Part shown: positions 43,258 through 53,372 of the stretch, one piece after another
How the letters are laid out: each line of letters begins with the position of its first letter
Position numbering within the stretch: position 1 is the stretch's first letter
Made by a program: the position numbers and the translations under genes
From: Clostridiales bacterium
GTDB taxonomy: Bacteria > Bacillota > Clostridia > Lachnospirales > Lachnospiraceae
NCBI GenBank assembly: GCA_018374355.1
Contig: JAHAFI010000006.1
Location: forward strand, 19,124-83,123
DNA length: 64,000 bases
Direction: 5' to 3'
Notes under the pieces: model-generated
What the model saw: only the letters and a program-made list of their open reading frames with translations
What the model was told of the DNA's origin: nothing
Database searches by the model: none

Positions 43258-45342
43258 TTATATAGCATCCTCTTTTGTCTGTTTTGTTGTTACATAACCG
43301 CAATGTTCATCGGCACAGACCTTTTTATTTCCTTTTTCCAGCATATAACCGCCGCATTTCGGACATTTTTCTTCCAGAGGTTTTTGCCATGACATAAAAT
43401 CGCATTCCGGATTATCTTCACAGCCGTAATATTTTCTTCCTTTTTTGGTCTTTTTCAAAACCACTTCTTTTCCGCATTTCGGGCAGGATACACCGATTTT
43501 CTCCAGATATGGTTTGGTATTTCTGCAGTCCGGGAAACCGGGGCAGGCAAGGAATCTTCCATGGGGGCCGTACTTGATCACCATGTTGCGTCCGCAGTTT
43601 TCACAGATCACATCGGTGACCTCATCCTCCAGCTTCACCTCTTCCAGCTCCTTCTCCGCAGCCTTTACAGCCTCGTCCAGATCCGGATAGAAGTTTCGTA
43701 CCACAACCTTCCAGTCTACCGTACCGTCTCCCACCTTATCCAAAAGCTCCTCCATGGTGGCTGTAAAATTCACATCCACGATACTGGGGAAAGCTTTTTT
43801 CATCATCTGGTTCACTACTTCCCCTAATTCCGTCATATACAGATTTTTCTGCTCCTTTGCCACATATCTTCTGGCAATGATGGTGGTAATCGTAGGCGCA
43901 TAGGTACTGGGTCTTCCGATTCCCAGCTCCTCCAGCGTCTTAACCAAAGATGCCTCCGTATAATGGGCCGGGGGCTGTGTAAAATGCTGCTGGCTGTTAA
44001 ATTCCTGAAATTCCAGCGCTGTATCCTCATCAATACTTCTCACCAGCGTGTTGCTCTGGGTTTTTTCTTCCTCTTCCTGTACGTAAACCGACATAAATCC
44101 GTCAAAGGCCAGTTTGGATGCTGCAACGGTGAACAGATACTCTCCGCCGCTGATCTTCACAGATGTGGTCTCATAAACTGCCGGCTTCATACGGCTTGCT
44201 ACAAAGCGTTTCCAAATCAACTGATACAGACGGAACTGGTCTCTGGAAAGGGATTCTTTGATCAGAGCCGGAAGCCTTTTCACATCGGTGGGGCGGATTG
44301 CCTCATGGGCGTCCTGTACCTTTCGTCCCTCTTTTTTCGTTCCTTCCGCATCTGCGGTATATTTTTCTCCGTAGTGCTCATCGATAAAGCTTCTCGCCAT
44401 AGCGTCCGCCTCGTCGGAAATTCTGGTGGAATCGGTACGCAGATAGGAAATCAAACCTACCGTTCCGCTTCCTTTGATGTCCACGCCCTCATAGAGCTGC
44501 TGCGCCAGACGCATGGTTTTCTGCGTGGAGAAATTCAGCGCTTTGGCTGCTTCCTGCTGCAGGGTACTGGTTGTGAAGGGAAGAGGCGCTTTCTTTGTCC
44601 GCTCTCCTTTTTTCACATCCTTCACCCGGTAAGAAACGCCCTCCAGCTCTTTTAAAATCTGATCCAGCTCTCCCTTCGAAGAAATATTGATTTTCTGTTT
44701 TTCTTTTCCGTAAAATTTTGCAGTCAGAGGCTTTTTCTCCCCCGGAATATGGAAAATACCGTCCAGTGTCCAGTATTCCTCCGGGATAAATGCGTTGATT
44801 TCATCCTCCCGGTCGCCGATGATCCTCAGCGCCACAGACTGCACCCTTCCCGCACTCAGGCCCCTCTTGATTTTCTGCCACAGAAGGGGACTGATCCGGT
44901 ATCCCACCATACGGTCCAGCATACGTCTCGCCTGCTGTTCATCCACCAGATTCATATCGATGTCTCTGGCATGTTTGATGGATTCCTTTACAGCGCTTTT
45001 CGTAATTTCATTAAAAGTGATTCTCCGCATCTTTTTTTCGTCCAGCTTCAGCGCTTTGGACAGATGCCATGAAATCGCTTCTCCCTCACGGTCCGGGTCA
45101 GTTGCCAGATACACTTTATCGGCCTTCTTCGCTGCCTTTCTAAGGCCGGCAAGAAGCTCACCCTTTCCGCGGATCGTTATATATTTAGGTTCATAGTCAT
45201 TCTCTACATCAATTCCCATCTGGCTCTTTGGTAAATCCCGCACATGCCCTTGGGATGCGGCTACCTCATAATTGCTTCCGAGAAACTTTTTGACTGTTTT
45301 TACTTTTGCAGGTGATTCTACAATCACAAGATATTTTGCCAA
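43258..45342 (-). CDS. topA: DNA topoisomerase I
   Basis: LVIVESPAK, DPDREGE, SAGRVQS, ISYLRTDS, Zn ribbons; TTG start after GGGAGGA. Confidence 0.97.
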   Translation of the reverse strand: MAKYLVIVESPAKVKTVKKFLGSNYEVAASQGHVRDLPKSQMGIDVENDYEPKYITIRGKGELLAGLRKAAKKADKVYLATDPDREGEAISWHLSKALKLDEKKMRRITFNEITKSAVKESIKHARDIDMNLVDEQQARRMLDRMVGYRISPLLWQKIKRGLSAGRVQSVALRIIGDREDEINAFIPEEYWTLDGIFHIPGEKKPLTAKFYGKEKQKINISSKGELDQILKELEGVSYRVKDVKKGERTKKAPLPFTTSTLQQEAAKALNFSTQKTMRLAQQLYEGVDIKGSGTVGLISYLRTDSTRISDEADAMARSFIDEHYGEKYTADAEGTKKEGRKVQDAHEAIRPTDVKRLPALIKESLSRDQFRLYQLIWKRFVASRMKPAVYETTSVKISGGEYLFTVAASKLAFDGFMSVYVQEEEEKTQSNTLVRSIDEDTALEFQEFNSQQHFTQPPAHYTEASLVKTLEELGIGRPSTYAPTITTIIARRYVAKEQKNLYMTELGEVVNQMMKKAFPSIVDVNFTATMEELLDKVGDGTVDWKVVVRNFYPDLDEAVKAAEKELEEVKLEDEVTDVICENCGRNMVIKYGPHGRFLACPGFPDCRNTKPYLEKIGVSCPKCGKEVVLKKTKKGRKYYGCEDNPECDFMSWQKPLEEKCPKCGGYMLEKGNKKVCADEHCGYVTTKQTKEDAI

Positions 45343-45367
45343 TGTCTTCCTCCCCAATTTTTTCAAA

Positions 45368-46270
45368 CTACCTGTCGTTTTCCATGATTTTCCCCCGGAT
45401 ATAATTATTTTTCCATACTTCCTGTGCCAGACCGGAAAGCTGCAGATGCATCAGACCCGTCATCAAAGCTGTCAGCGGCAGCCCGGTTTCCTCCTGAAGC
45501 TGCGTGACCGTTTTAGGGGTTAAATCGAGACAACTATACACCAAATCATCTTCCCTTGCAAGCCCTAATCCCTTTTTTTCTTCCTGATTCCTGCAGAAAC
45601 TCTCCTTTTTCCTTCCCCAATTCATATCCTCTAAGATGATTTCCGGCTTCCATGCAGGCACTGCTCCCTGATAAATCAGGCGGTTGCAGCCCACGCTCAG
45701 AAGCTCTCCCACCCGGCCCGGCAGAGCAAATACCGTCCTTCCCTGCTCCAGCGCCTGATCCGCAGTAATCAGGGAACCGCTTTTTTCTTTCGCCTCTATG
45801 ACCAGAACTGCATCCGCCAGACCGCTGATCAGCCTGTTTCTCATGGGGAAATGCCATGCCAGAGGAGCGCTTTCCGGTTCGAATTCCGAAATAACCCCTC
45901 CCCGAAGCTTCATTTCCTCATAAAGTCTTTTGGCGGATGCCGGATAGCAGATATCCACACCGCAGCCCAAAACCGCATAGGATTTTCCACCTCCCGCCAG
46001 CGCCCCGGCGTGGGCTGCACTATCTATTCCTCTGGCCATGCCGCTGATGATCTGAACCCCTTCCCCTCTAAGAATTCTGGCGTACTCAAATGCCATATTT
46101 TTTCCGTAAGCGCTGCAGTTTCGCGCGCCTACAATGGCAAGGGACGGCTGATCGTCCTTTGGCAGTTCCCCTGCCACATAAAGCTTTTCCGGCATTCCCT
46201 CCAGTTTTTCCAGTCTCCGGGGATAATTTTCCCCTCCCTTTTTCACAATCTTTATTTCATCTGTATTCAC
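45368..46270 (-). CDS. dprA: DNA processing protein DprA
   Basis: AIVGAR, SGMARGID, FPMRNRLISGL, SGSLIT; C-terminal winged helix. Confidence 0.94.
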   Translation of the reverse strand: MNTDEIKIVKKGGENYPRRLEKLEGMPEKLYVAGELPKDDQPSLAIVGARNCSAYGKNMAFEYARILRGEGVQIISGMARGIDSAAHAGALAGGGKSYAVLGCGVDICYPASAKRLYEEMKLRGGVISEFEPESAPLAWHFPMRNRLISGLADAVLVIEAKEKSGSLITADQALEQGRTVFALPGRVGELLSVGCNRLIYQGAVPAWKPEIILEDMNWGRKKESFCRNQEEKKGLGLAREDDLVYSCLDLTPKTVTQLQEETGLPLTALMTGLMHLQLSGLAQEVWKNNYIRGKIMENDR

Positions 46271-46304
46271 CCGTTACCCTCCATATTTTCCTCTTTTTTC
46301 AAAA

Positions 46305-47837
46305 TCATCTCCAATACTGCTTATCTATGCTCCGGTATCCGATGGCCTCCGCCAGATGTTCCTCCCGGATCCTCTCGCTTCCCTCGAGATCCGCCGCAGT
46401 TCTTGCAACTCTGAGAATCCGGTTGCACGCCCTTCCGCTAAGCCCCAAGCCGGAGAATGCCTCTTTTAAAAGCTGTTCCCCCTTTTCCTCCGTAACGCAA
46501 TACTGACGGATTTTTTCCGGGGGAATTTCTCCGTTAAAGGAGAAAGCCTCCTCCCGGTATCTCTTTTGCTGCCTCTCATGAGCCTGAAAGGCCATTTCCC
46601 TCATCTGCCGGGTGGTCCATGGGGAATTCTCTGGTTTCTCCCGAAATTCCTTGTAGGTGGGAGGGGTTGTCTCAGCGCACAGATCCAGTCTGTCCAGCAG
46701 GGGCTGGCTGACCCGGTTCAGATACCGCCTGACCTCCGTCTCCGAACAGTTGCAGCGGTTTCTATCGGGAAAATAGCCGCAGGGACAGGGATTCATAGCC
46801 GCAATCAGCAGAAAATCCGCCGGAAAACAGTATCTCCCTCCGGTTCTTGCTATACGGATCTGTTTTTCTTCCAATGGCTGTCGTAAAAGCTCCAGACTGG
46901 TCCTGCTCATCTCCGGAAATTCATCCAAAAACAGCACTCCTCGGTGAGCCAGCGTGATCTCCCCCGGCTGGGGAATCCGCCCGCCTCCGGCCAACGCCTG
47001 AGGAGAAATGGTATGATGGGGGGAACGAAACGGCCTTTTGTCAATCCATGGCCTGTCTTTTGGCAGCATCCCTGCCACGCTGTAGATTCCTGTCAGTTCC
47101 AGCGCTTCCTCCCGGCTCAGTTCCGGCAGAAGTCCCGGAAGTCTTCCTGCAATCATGGTTTTCCCGGATCCGGGCGGTCCAAGAAGCAGGAGGTTGTGAA
47201 ATCCGGCTGCCGCCAAAAGAGCTGCCCGTTTCCCGGAAGCCTGTCCCCGGATATCTGCAAAATCCGGCCCGAAATCTTCTTCTCCTGTCTCTGTTTTCAC
47301 GGTCAGATTTGTTTCCTCCTCCCACCTTCCTTTTTTTACTGCCTCCACAAATTCTCCCAGATTTTCCACTCCCGTCACTGCGATTCCATGAATCATCCGG
47401 GCCTCCTCCAGATTTTCTTTGGGAACGACACAGGCCCGGCATCCGATTTCCTTCGCCTTTGCAGTCATGGCAAGGATTCCCCTCACTCCCCTGACTGCTC
47501 CGTCCAGACCGATTTCTCCGGCTACTAAAATCCCTTCCAGCCCGCCCGGAGGCAGATGGCCTGTGGCCTCCAGCATGGCTGCTGCTATAGGCAGGTCAAA
47601 TCCGGTTCCCGTTTTTTTGATATCTCCCGGTGACAGATTGACCGTCACCTTTCTCGGGGGCAGGGAAATATTGCTGTTGTGAAGAGCCGTCCGTACCCGG
47701 TCCTGAGACTCCTTCACCTGACTGCTCAGACTTCCCACCATGGAAAATCCCGGCAGCCCCCGGCTAACATCCACCTCCACGCAGACCGGAACCGCTTCCA
47801 GCCCGTGGATCGTTGCTGATAAAATACTGGTATACAT
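46305..47837 (-). CDS. comM: YifB/ComM Mg-chelatase-like AAA ATPase
   Basis: GPPGSGKT, PFRSPHH, LAHRGVLFLDE, NPCPCG; start moved to 47837. Confidence 0.92.
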   Translation of the reverse strand: MYTSILSATIHGLEAVPVCVEVDVSRGLPGFSMVGSLSSQVKESQDRVRTALHNSNISLPPRKVTVNLSPGDIKKTGTGFDLPIAAAMLEATGHLPPGGLEGILVAGEIGLDGAVRGVRGILAMTAKAKEIGCRACVVPKENLEEARMIHGIAVTGVENLGEFVEAVKKGRWEEETNLTVKTETGEEDFGPDFADIRGQASGKRAALLAAAGFHNLLLLGPPGSGKTMIAGRLPGLLPELSREEALELTGIYSVAGMLPKDRPWIDKRPFRSPHHTISPQALAGGGRIPQPGEITLAHRGVLFLDEFPEMSRTSLELLRQPLEEKQIRIARTGGRYCFPADFLLIAAMNPCPCGYFPDRNRCNCSETEVRRYLNRVSQPLLDRLDLCAETTPPTYKEFREKPENSPWTTRQMREMAFQAHERQQKRYREEAFSFNGEIPPEKIRQYCVTEEKGEQLLKEAFSGLGLSGRACNRILRVARTAADLEGSERIREEHLAEAIGYRSIDKQYWR

Positions 47838-47918
47838 GGTTCTCCTTTCTTTTCGCTGTTTCAGAGCGAATTTTATGATTTGAAATTTATGTAAACATTT
47901 GAAGAGAAAGTGGAAAAG

Positions 47919-47946
47919 CACAATTTCCTCCCCTTCCGCATAGACT
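47919..47946 (+). promoter_or_regulatory. Mother-cell sigma (sigma-K/sigma-E type) promoter of sigK
   Basis: GCACA-16-CATAGACT upstream of the GAGGTG RBS. Confidence 0.55.
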
Positions 47947-47983
47947 AGAAAGAAATCGTTACACTCCCTTTTGAGGTGAATCC

Positions 47984-48610
47984 GTGAAGACCTTTCAAAA
48001 ACCCCTCACCATGGAAGAAGAAAAACTCTATCTCCAGAGATACCAAAAGGGTGATTTAAAGGCCAGAGATGTGCTGATCGAACGGAATCTCAGGCTGGTA
48101 GCTCATGTTGTAAAGAAATATCAGGGGTTGGATGAGGATTTGGATGATTTGATTTCCATTGGAACGATTGGACTGATAAAAGCCGTATCCACCTATGATA
48201 TGACAAAAGAAAGCCGGCTGGCCACCTACGCTGCCCGCTGTATTGACAATGAACTGCTGATGATGCTGAGAAGCCGAAAAAAAACTTCCCGTGAAATCTC
48301 TCTTTACGAACCCATTGGCACAGATAAAGAGGGGAATGAAATTCATCTTCTGGATATTGTTGAGGGAAACGAAGCCGATATTACAGATACCTGCATTAAG
48401 AAAGAAAATATCCGCAGGCTGTACCGGCTTTTGGGAGAAGTGCTGACTCCCTTAGAATATAATGTCATCAAATACCGCTATGGGCTGTATGGAGAAAAGG
48501 AGCTTACCCAGCGGGTGATCGCGAAACGGCTGGGAATCAGCCGTTCCTACGTATCCCGCATAGAAAAAAATGCCGTATTAAAGCTCCGTGACAGGTTCCT
48601 TCCGGCGTAA
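47984..48610 (+). CDS. sigK: RNA polymerase sporulation sigma factor SigK
   Basis: NLRLVAHVVKKY, DLISIGTIGLIKA, LATYAARCIDNE, PIGTDKEGNEI, ISRSYVSRIEK. Confidence 0.92.
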   Translation: MKTFQKPLTMEEEKLYLQRYQKGDLKARDVLIERNLRLVAHVVKKYQGLDEDLDDLISIGTIGLIKAVSTYDMTKESRLATYAARCIDNELLMMLRSRKKTSREISLYEPIGTDKEGNEIHLLDIVEGNEADITDTCIKKENIRRLYRLLGEVLTPLEYNVIKYRYGLYGEKELTQRVIAKRLGISRSYVSRIEKNAVLKLRDRFLPA

Positions 48611-49819
48611 AATGTCGTACTGATCCAATTCCATCCCCAGATCAATAAAAAGGATCTGTTTCGGATGAGGAGCGCTTTCCATAAGATTTCCCTCTTCATC
48701 CCGGATGCTCTTCACAGTTACTTCCACATTCTCCCCATTGGGTTTCATCACCTCAATGGTCTCGCCTACGGAAAATTTATTTCTCTGGGAGATGCAGTAA
48801 CCTGCCTCTGTTTTCTCTCCCACAATTCCCAGATAAGTATATTCCTTGATATACGTGTTGTTGTCATAAATCTGTGCTTCTTCCGTCGGTTTTCCATAGA
48901 AGAAGCCGGTTGTGAACTGCCGGTAGGTACAGTTGGAAATCTGTTCCTGATACCAAGGCATATTCTGTTCATACAGTGCCGGATCTTTCAGATAGTCGTC
49001 GATGGCTTTCCGATAGGTCCGGGCCACTGTAGCTACATACAGAGCCGTTTTCATTCTTCCTTCAATCTTCAGGCTGTCGATTCCCGTCTCAACCAGATCA
49101 GGTATATGCTCGATCATGCACAGATCTTTGGAATTGAAAATAAAGGTTCCTCTCTCATTTTCATAGACCGGAAAGTACTCTCCCGGACGGCTTTCTTCCA
49201 TTATAGAGTATTTCCACCGGCATGGATGGGTACAGGCTCCCTGATTGGAATCCCGCCCGGTGAGGTAATTGCTCAGCAGACACCGTCCCGAATAGGAAAT
49301 ACACATCGCTCCGTGAATGAACGTCTCGATCTCCATATCCTCCGGAATCCTGCTTCGGATCTCCTTCAGCTCCTCCAGCGACAATTCTCTGGCAGAAACC
49401 ACCCGCTTCGCTCCCATCTGATACCAGAACCGATACGTTCCGTAATTGGTATTATTTGCTTGGGTGCTCACATGGCGTTCGATTTCCGGGCAGACCTCTT
49501 TTGCAATCATGAATACCCCCGGATCAGATATGATCAGAGCATCCGGACCAATCCCTCGCAGCTCCTCAAAATAGCTGCGGACACCCTCCAGATCACCGTT
49601 ATGGGCCAGAATATTGGCGGTTACGTATACCTTCACGCCGTGTTCATGGGCAAACCGGATTCCTTCCTTCATCTCTTCCATTGAAAAATTCTTTGCTTTT
49701 GCCCGCAGACCGAAAGCTTCCCCGCCGATATAGACTGCATCGGCGCCAAAGACTACTGCTACCTTCAGCACCTCCAAGCTGCTGGCCGGAACCAGCAATT
49801 CCGGAATTCTCATTTTCAT
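48578..49819 (-). CDS. U32 family peptidase (TrhP-like tRNA hydroxylation protein)
   Basis: PELLVPA, HGAMCISYSGRC, GACTHPCRW, KIEGR; next to trmR-like gene. Confidence 0.9.
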   Translation of the reverse strand: MKMRIPELLVPASSLEVLKVAVVFGADAVYIGGEAFGLRAKAKNFSMEEMKEGIRFAHEHGVKVYVTANILAHNGDLEGVRSYFEELRGIGPDALIISDPGVFMIAKEVCPEIERHVSTQANNTNYGTYRFWYQMGAKRVVSARELSLEELKEIRSRIPEDMEIETFIHGAMCISYSGRCLLSNYLTGRDSNQGACTHPCRWKYSIMEESRPGEYFPVYENERGTFIFNSKDLCMIEHIPDLVETGIDSLKIEGRMKTALYVATVARTYRKAIDDYLKDPALYEQNMPWYQEQISNCTYRQFTTGFFYGKPTEEAQIYDNNTYIKEYTYLGIVGEKTEAGYCISQRNKFSVGETIEVMKPNGENVEVTVKSIRDEEGNLMESAPHPKQILFIDLGMELDQYDILRRKEPVTEL

Positions 49820-49824
49820 TTCTC

Positions 49825-50466
49825 CTATCGTTTTGTGCTCAGCGCCACCCCGTCCCCCAGAGGGATCAGGGAGGTCACCAGCTTTTCGTTATGTTTCAGT
49901 TCGTACAGATACTCCCGCATCCGCTTGTAAATCGTCCGGTTTCTCCGTTCCACGGCAAACCGGGATTCTATAATATCTCCTTCCTGAAGCACATTGTCCG
50001 ATACCAGAATACCGCCGCTTCTCAAAAGCCGCAGTACCTCAGGAAGAAAATGAAGATACTGACCCTTTGCAGCATCCATAAAGATGAAGTCAAAGGGTCC
50101 CTCCAAAGTTTTTAATATCTCTGCCGCATCTCCGGGAATCAGCCGGATCTGCTCCTCCCTGCCCGCCTTTTTAAAGTTTTCCCGGGCGATGGGAATTCTC
50201 TTTTCATAATTTTCTATTGTAACCAGTTCACAGGGCACCGGATTGTACTCGCACATCAGCAGGGCGGAAAACCCTACTGCACTTCCCACCTCCAGAATCC
50301 TCTGAGGTCTTGCGGCCGCCAGAAGAAATTTGAGAAAGCTCTGCATCTCTCTTCGGATGATCGGAACCTGATCCCGTCTGGCCTGTCTTTCCAATTCCTC
50401 CAGAAAAGGGGTATGCCCCTCGTCCAGTGAATTGATGTAGGTTACCATACGCTCGTCTACTATCAT
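49825..50466 (-). CDS. O-methyltransferase (YrrM/TrmR-like)
   Basis: LEVGSAVGFS, FIFMDAAKGQY, DNVL. Confidence 0.9.
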   Translation of the reverse strand: MIVDERMVTYINSLDEGHTPFLEELERQARRDQVPIIRREMQSFLKFLLAAARPQRILEVGSAVGFSALLMCEYNPVPCELVTIENYEKRIPIARENFKKAGREEQIRLIPGDAAEILKTLEGPFDFIFMDAAKGQYLHFLPEVLRLLRSGGILVSDNVLQEGDIIESRFAVERRNRTIYKRMREYLYELKHNEKLVTSLIPLGDGVALSTKR

Positions 50467-50918
50467 TCTCCGGTTTCCTCCCCGGACTCTTTTTCTTCGG
50501 CCGCTTCATCGGAAGGCTGGCCCTCTGTATTTTCTTTCGCCAGAATTTCCAGAATCTCCTCTACATTTTGAGAGGTGTTCAGAAGATATGCCCCCGGCTG
50601 AATTTTTCCCCGGTAATCGGAAAGCTTTTCCTGCATCCAGAAAATAACCGGACGCTCAATCAACCCTTTGTCCCTCAGAGTTTTTCCAATGTCATAGACA
50701 TTTTCTTCCTCCTTCACAACGACAGTAACATCCTGCCCTTCTTCTTTGGTTGCTGCCATCGGATGCTGGTCAAAAACAAGATATCCAAACCGATAGGCTG
50801 TTCTTCCGGCATAAATAATGGCTAAAATCACACATCCGTAGATCAGAAGCCTGATCAGACCCTTGATTCCGCCGATTGCCGCCCGTTGAGCCATATCTTT
50901 TTTTCTCTTTTTACCCAT
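50463..50918 (-). CDS. Short MltG/YceG N-terminal-like membrane protein
   Basis: TM, then IGKTLRDKGLI...IQPGAYLL pattern; at the mltG position; only 151 aa. Confidence 0.7.
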   Translation of the reverse strand: MGKKRKKDMAQRAAIGGIKGLIRLLIYGCVILAIIYAGRTAYRFGYLVFDQHPMAATKEEGQDVTVVVKEEENVYDIGKTLRDKGLIERPVIFWMQEKLSDYRGKIQPGAYLLNTSQNVEEILEILAKENTEGQPSDEAAEEKESGEETGE

Positions 50919-50964
50919 AATCCTCCTTGTCCGCTTCCCTTCTTTGGCTGCTTCCAGATCCTTT

Positions 50965-50997
50965 GTAACTCTGAAGCCTGAGAGGCTGAATAATTAC
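50965..50997 (-). repeat. GTAAC-family 33-bp element
   Basis: GTAACTCTGAAG-CCTGAGAGG-CTGAATAATTAC; 29/33 identical to 53373-53405. Confidence 0.85.
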
Positions 50998-51005
50998 TGT
51001 CTTTC

Positions 51006-51344
51006 TTATACCTCAGGTACTTTGATATCGATATTGGTCTGGATGCGTTTTACTACCCGCTGTACCAGTTTGCATACATCCAGCTCTGCCTCCAGAAATT
51101 CATTGACCACCGGATTCATTCTGAAATCCTGATAATCTCTCTCAAACTGATCAATTTTTTCAAACAGTCCTTCACTGCTGTCGTCATTGTTGAAATGAAA
51201 TACCGCTGCACGGAATTCATCAATTTTATTTCTGAGCTCCGGCTGCTCTTTCAGCTTTTCTTCACACTTTGCGTATCTTAGATAGACTTCTCCGTCCTTA
51301 ATCGCTCCAATCAGAGAATCTACATTCATCTGTATTCTGTCCAT
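51006..51344 (-). CDS. YlbF/YmcA-like (Com_YlbF) regulator
   Basis: Helical; NPVVNEFLEAE; start moved to 51344 after GGAGG. Confidence 0.8.
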   Translation of the reverse strand: MDRIQMNVDSLIGAIKDGEVYLRYAKCEEKLKEQPELRNKIDEFRAAVFHFNNDDSSEGLFEKIDQFERDYQDFRMNPVVNEFLEAELDVCKLVQRVVKRIQTNIDIKVPEV

Positions 51345-51349
51345 GAATC

Positions 51350-53014
51350 TTATGCCTCCATAATGATCGGCAGAATCATCGGCCGTCTTTTTGTGCGTTT
51401 CCATAAAAATTCACCAAGAGAATCCTTGATTGCAGATTTCATCTTGCCCCAGTCAGATATTCTTCTGTCCAGACAGGAGTCAATGGCGTCTTCCACAACG
51501 CTCTTTGCCTGACCCATCAGGTCTTCGGATTCTCTCACATAAACAAATCCCCGGGATACGATATCCGGGCCTGCCAGCAGTTGATTGCTGTATTTTTCCA
51601 GTGTCAGAACGACGATCATAATGCCGTCCTCCGCCAGATGCTGACGGTCTCTGAGCACGATATTTCCCACATCGCCCACTCCAAGGCCATCTACCAGAAT
51701 AGCTCCGGTGTGGACTTTTCCGGTTACGCCCGCCGACTCTTCATTGAGTTCCATCACATCCCCTGATTCCATGATGAAAATGTGATCCTTAGGAATTCCA
51801 AGGCTCTCGGCAAGATTGGCCTGTGCTTTCAGATGACGGTACTCTCCGTGAACCGGGATCGCGTATTTCGGTTTTACCAGTGAATAGATCAGCTTGATCT
51901 CTTCCTGACAGGCATGACCGGATACGTGTACATCCTGAAAAATAACCTCTGCACCTTTGGCTGACAGCTCGTTAATCACTTTTGATACTGCTTTTTCATT
52001 TCCCGGAATGGGGTTGGAACTGAAGATAATGGTATCCCCCGGTTTGATTGCCACTTTTTTATGGATATTGGACGCCATGCGGGACAATGCCGCCATGGAC
52101 TCGCCCTGACTTCCCGTGGTGATCAAAACCATCTGTTCATCCGGATAATTTTTCATCTGGTCGATATCAATCAAAGTGTGTTCCGGGATATTCAGATAGC
52201 CCAGTTCGGATGCCGTGGTGATGACGTTGACCATGCTGCGGCCTTCCACTACGACTTTTCTTCCGTATTTATAGGCAGAGTTGATAATCTGCTGTACTCT
52301 GTCCACATTGGACGCGAAAGTGGCAATAATAATTCTCGTATTTTTATGCTCGGCAAACAGGTTGTCAAAGGTCTTTCCTACTGTGCGCTCGGACATGGTG
52401 AAGCCTTTCCGCTCAGCATTGGTACTATCGCACATCAGCGCCAGCACGCCTTTTTTACCGATCTCTGCAAATCTCTGCAGATCGATGGCATCACCAAAAA
52501 CAGGGGTATAATCCACTTTAAAGTCACCGGTATGAACAACGATTCCCGCAGGAGAATAGATGGCCAGTGCAGACGCATCGGCAATGCTGTGATTGGTCTT
52601 GATAAACTCGATGCGGAAACAGCCAAGATTGATGGACTGTCCGTGTTTGATGGTTTTTCTTTTCGTGGTTCGAAGTAAGTTATGTTCTTTTAATTTGTTG
52701 TCGATCAGGCCGATTGTCAATTTGGTTGCGTAAATCGGCGCATTAATTTCTTTTAAGATATAAGGCAGGGCCCCGATATGGTCCTCGTGCCCATGGGTAA
52801 TCACAAAACCCTTAATTTTCTCATAATTGTCTTTCAAATAAGTAATATCCGGGATGACCAAGTCGATTCCCAGCATATCGTCCTCAGGGAATGCCAGACC
52901 ACAGTCCACCACAACAATACTGTCTTCATACTCGAAGGCAGTAATATTCATTCCGATCTGTTCCAGTCCGCCCAGAGGAATGATTTTTAATTTTCCATTG
53001 TTATTTTTTTTCAA
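51350..53014 (-). CDS. rnj: Ribonuclease J
   Basis: PLGGLEQIGMN, THGHEDHIG, HVSGH, PVHGE. Confidence 0.96.
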   Translation of the reverse strand: MKKNNNGKLKIIPLGGLEQIGMNITAFEYEDSIVVVDCGLAFPEDDMLGIDLVIPDITYLKDNYEKIKGFVITHGHEDHIGALPYILKEINAPIYATKLTIGLIDNKLKEHNLLRTTKRKTIKHGQSINLGCFRIEFIKTNHSIADASALAIYSPAGIVVHTGDFKVDYTPVFGDAIDLQRFAEIGKKGVLALMCDSTNAERKGFTMSERTVGKTFDNLFAEHKNTRIIIATFASNVDRVQQIINSAYKYGRKVVVEGRSMVNVITTASELGYLNIPEHTLIDIDQMKNYPDEQMVLITTGSQGESMAALSRMASNIHKKVAIKPGDTIIFSSNPIPGNEKAVSKVINELSAKGAEVIFQDVHVSGHACQEEIKLIYSLVKPKYAIPVHGEYRHLKAQANLAESLGIPKDHIFIMESGDVMELNEESAGVTGKVHTGAILVDGLGVGDVGNIVLRDRQHLAEDGIMIVVLTLEKYSNQLLAGPDIVSRGFVYVRESEDLMGQAKSVVEDAIDSCLDRRISDWGKMKSAIKDSLGEFLWKRTKRRPMILPIIMEA

Positions 53015-53045
53015 AAAGCACCTCCGCTATTATTTCCGAACACTT

Positions 53046-53306
53046 TTACTCCATCTCTATCTCCACATCATCCATCATCTGTGCAAATACTTTGGAAATT
53101 GCTTCCAATTCCACATCATCTTCTACCATCACGTACTCTGCTTCCAAATCCGTATCGGAAGATAAATCTTTCAGGATATACGCATCTGCTTCCTCATCCA
53201 TGGAATCTGTTACCAGAATATAGTTCATTCCGTTCACTCTGGTCTGTTCTTCCACGTAAAATTCCACTTCTTCCCCTGTTTCTGTCATAAATGCAATCTT
53301 GTCCAT
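53046..53306 (-). CDS. DUF1292 family protein
   Basis: Small acidic protein downstream of ruvX. Confidence 0.82.
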   Translation of the reverse strand: MDKIAFMTETGEEVEFYVEEQTRVNGMNYILVTDSMDEEADAYILKDLSSDTDLEAEYVMVEDDVELEAISKVFAQMMDDVEIEME

Positions 53307-53372
53307 CGTAAACCTTTACCGTCCTGTTTTATTTTTTGAAAATCAAATTCTAATCCTCCGGAGACTTGATCG

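Noticed and set aside
50965..50997. GTAAC elements as true integron attC sites or Xer dif sites
   Set aside because: Too short for attC, lack RYYYAAC/GTTRRRY, follow core genes, no integrase; no match to dif arms or 6-bp spacer
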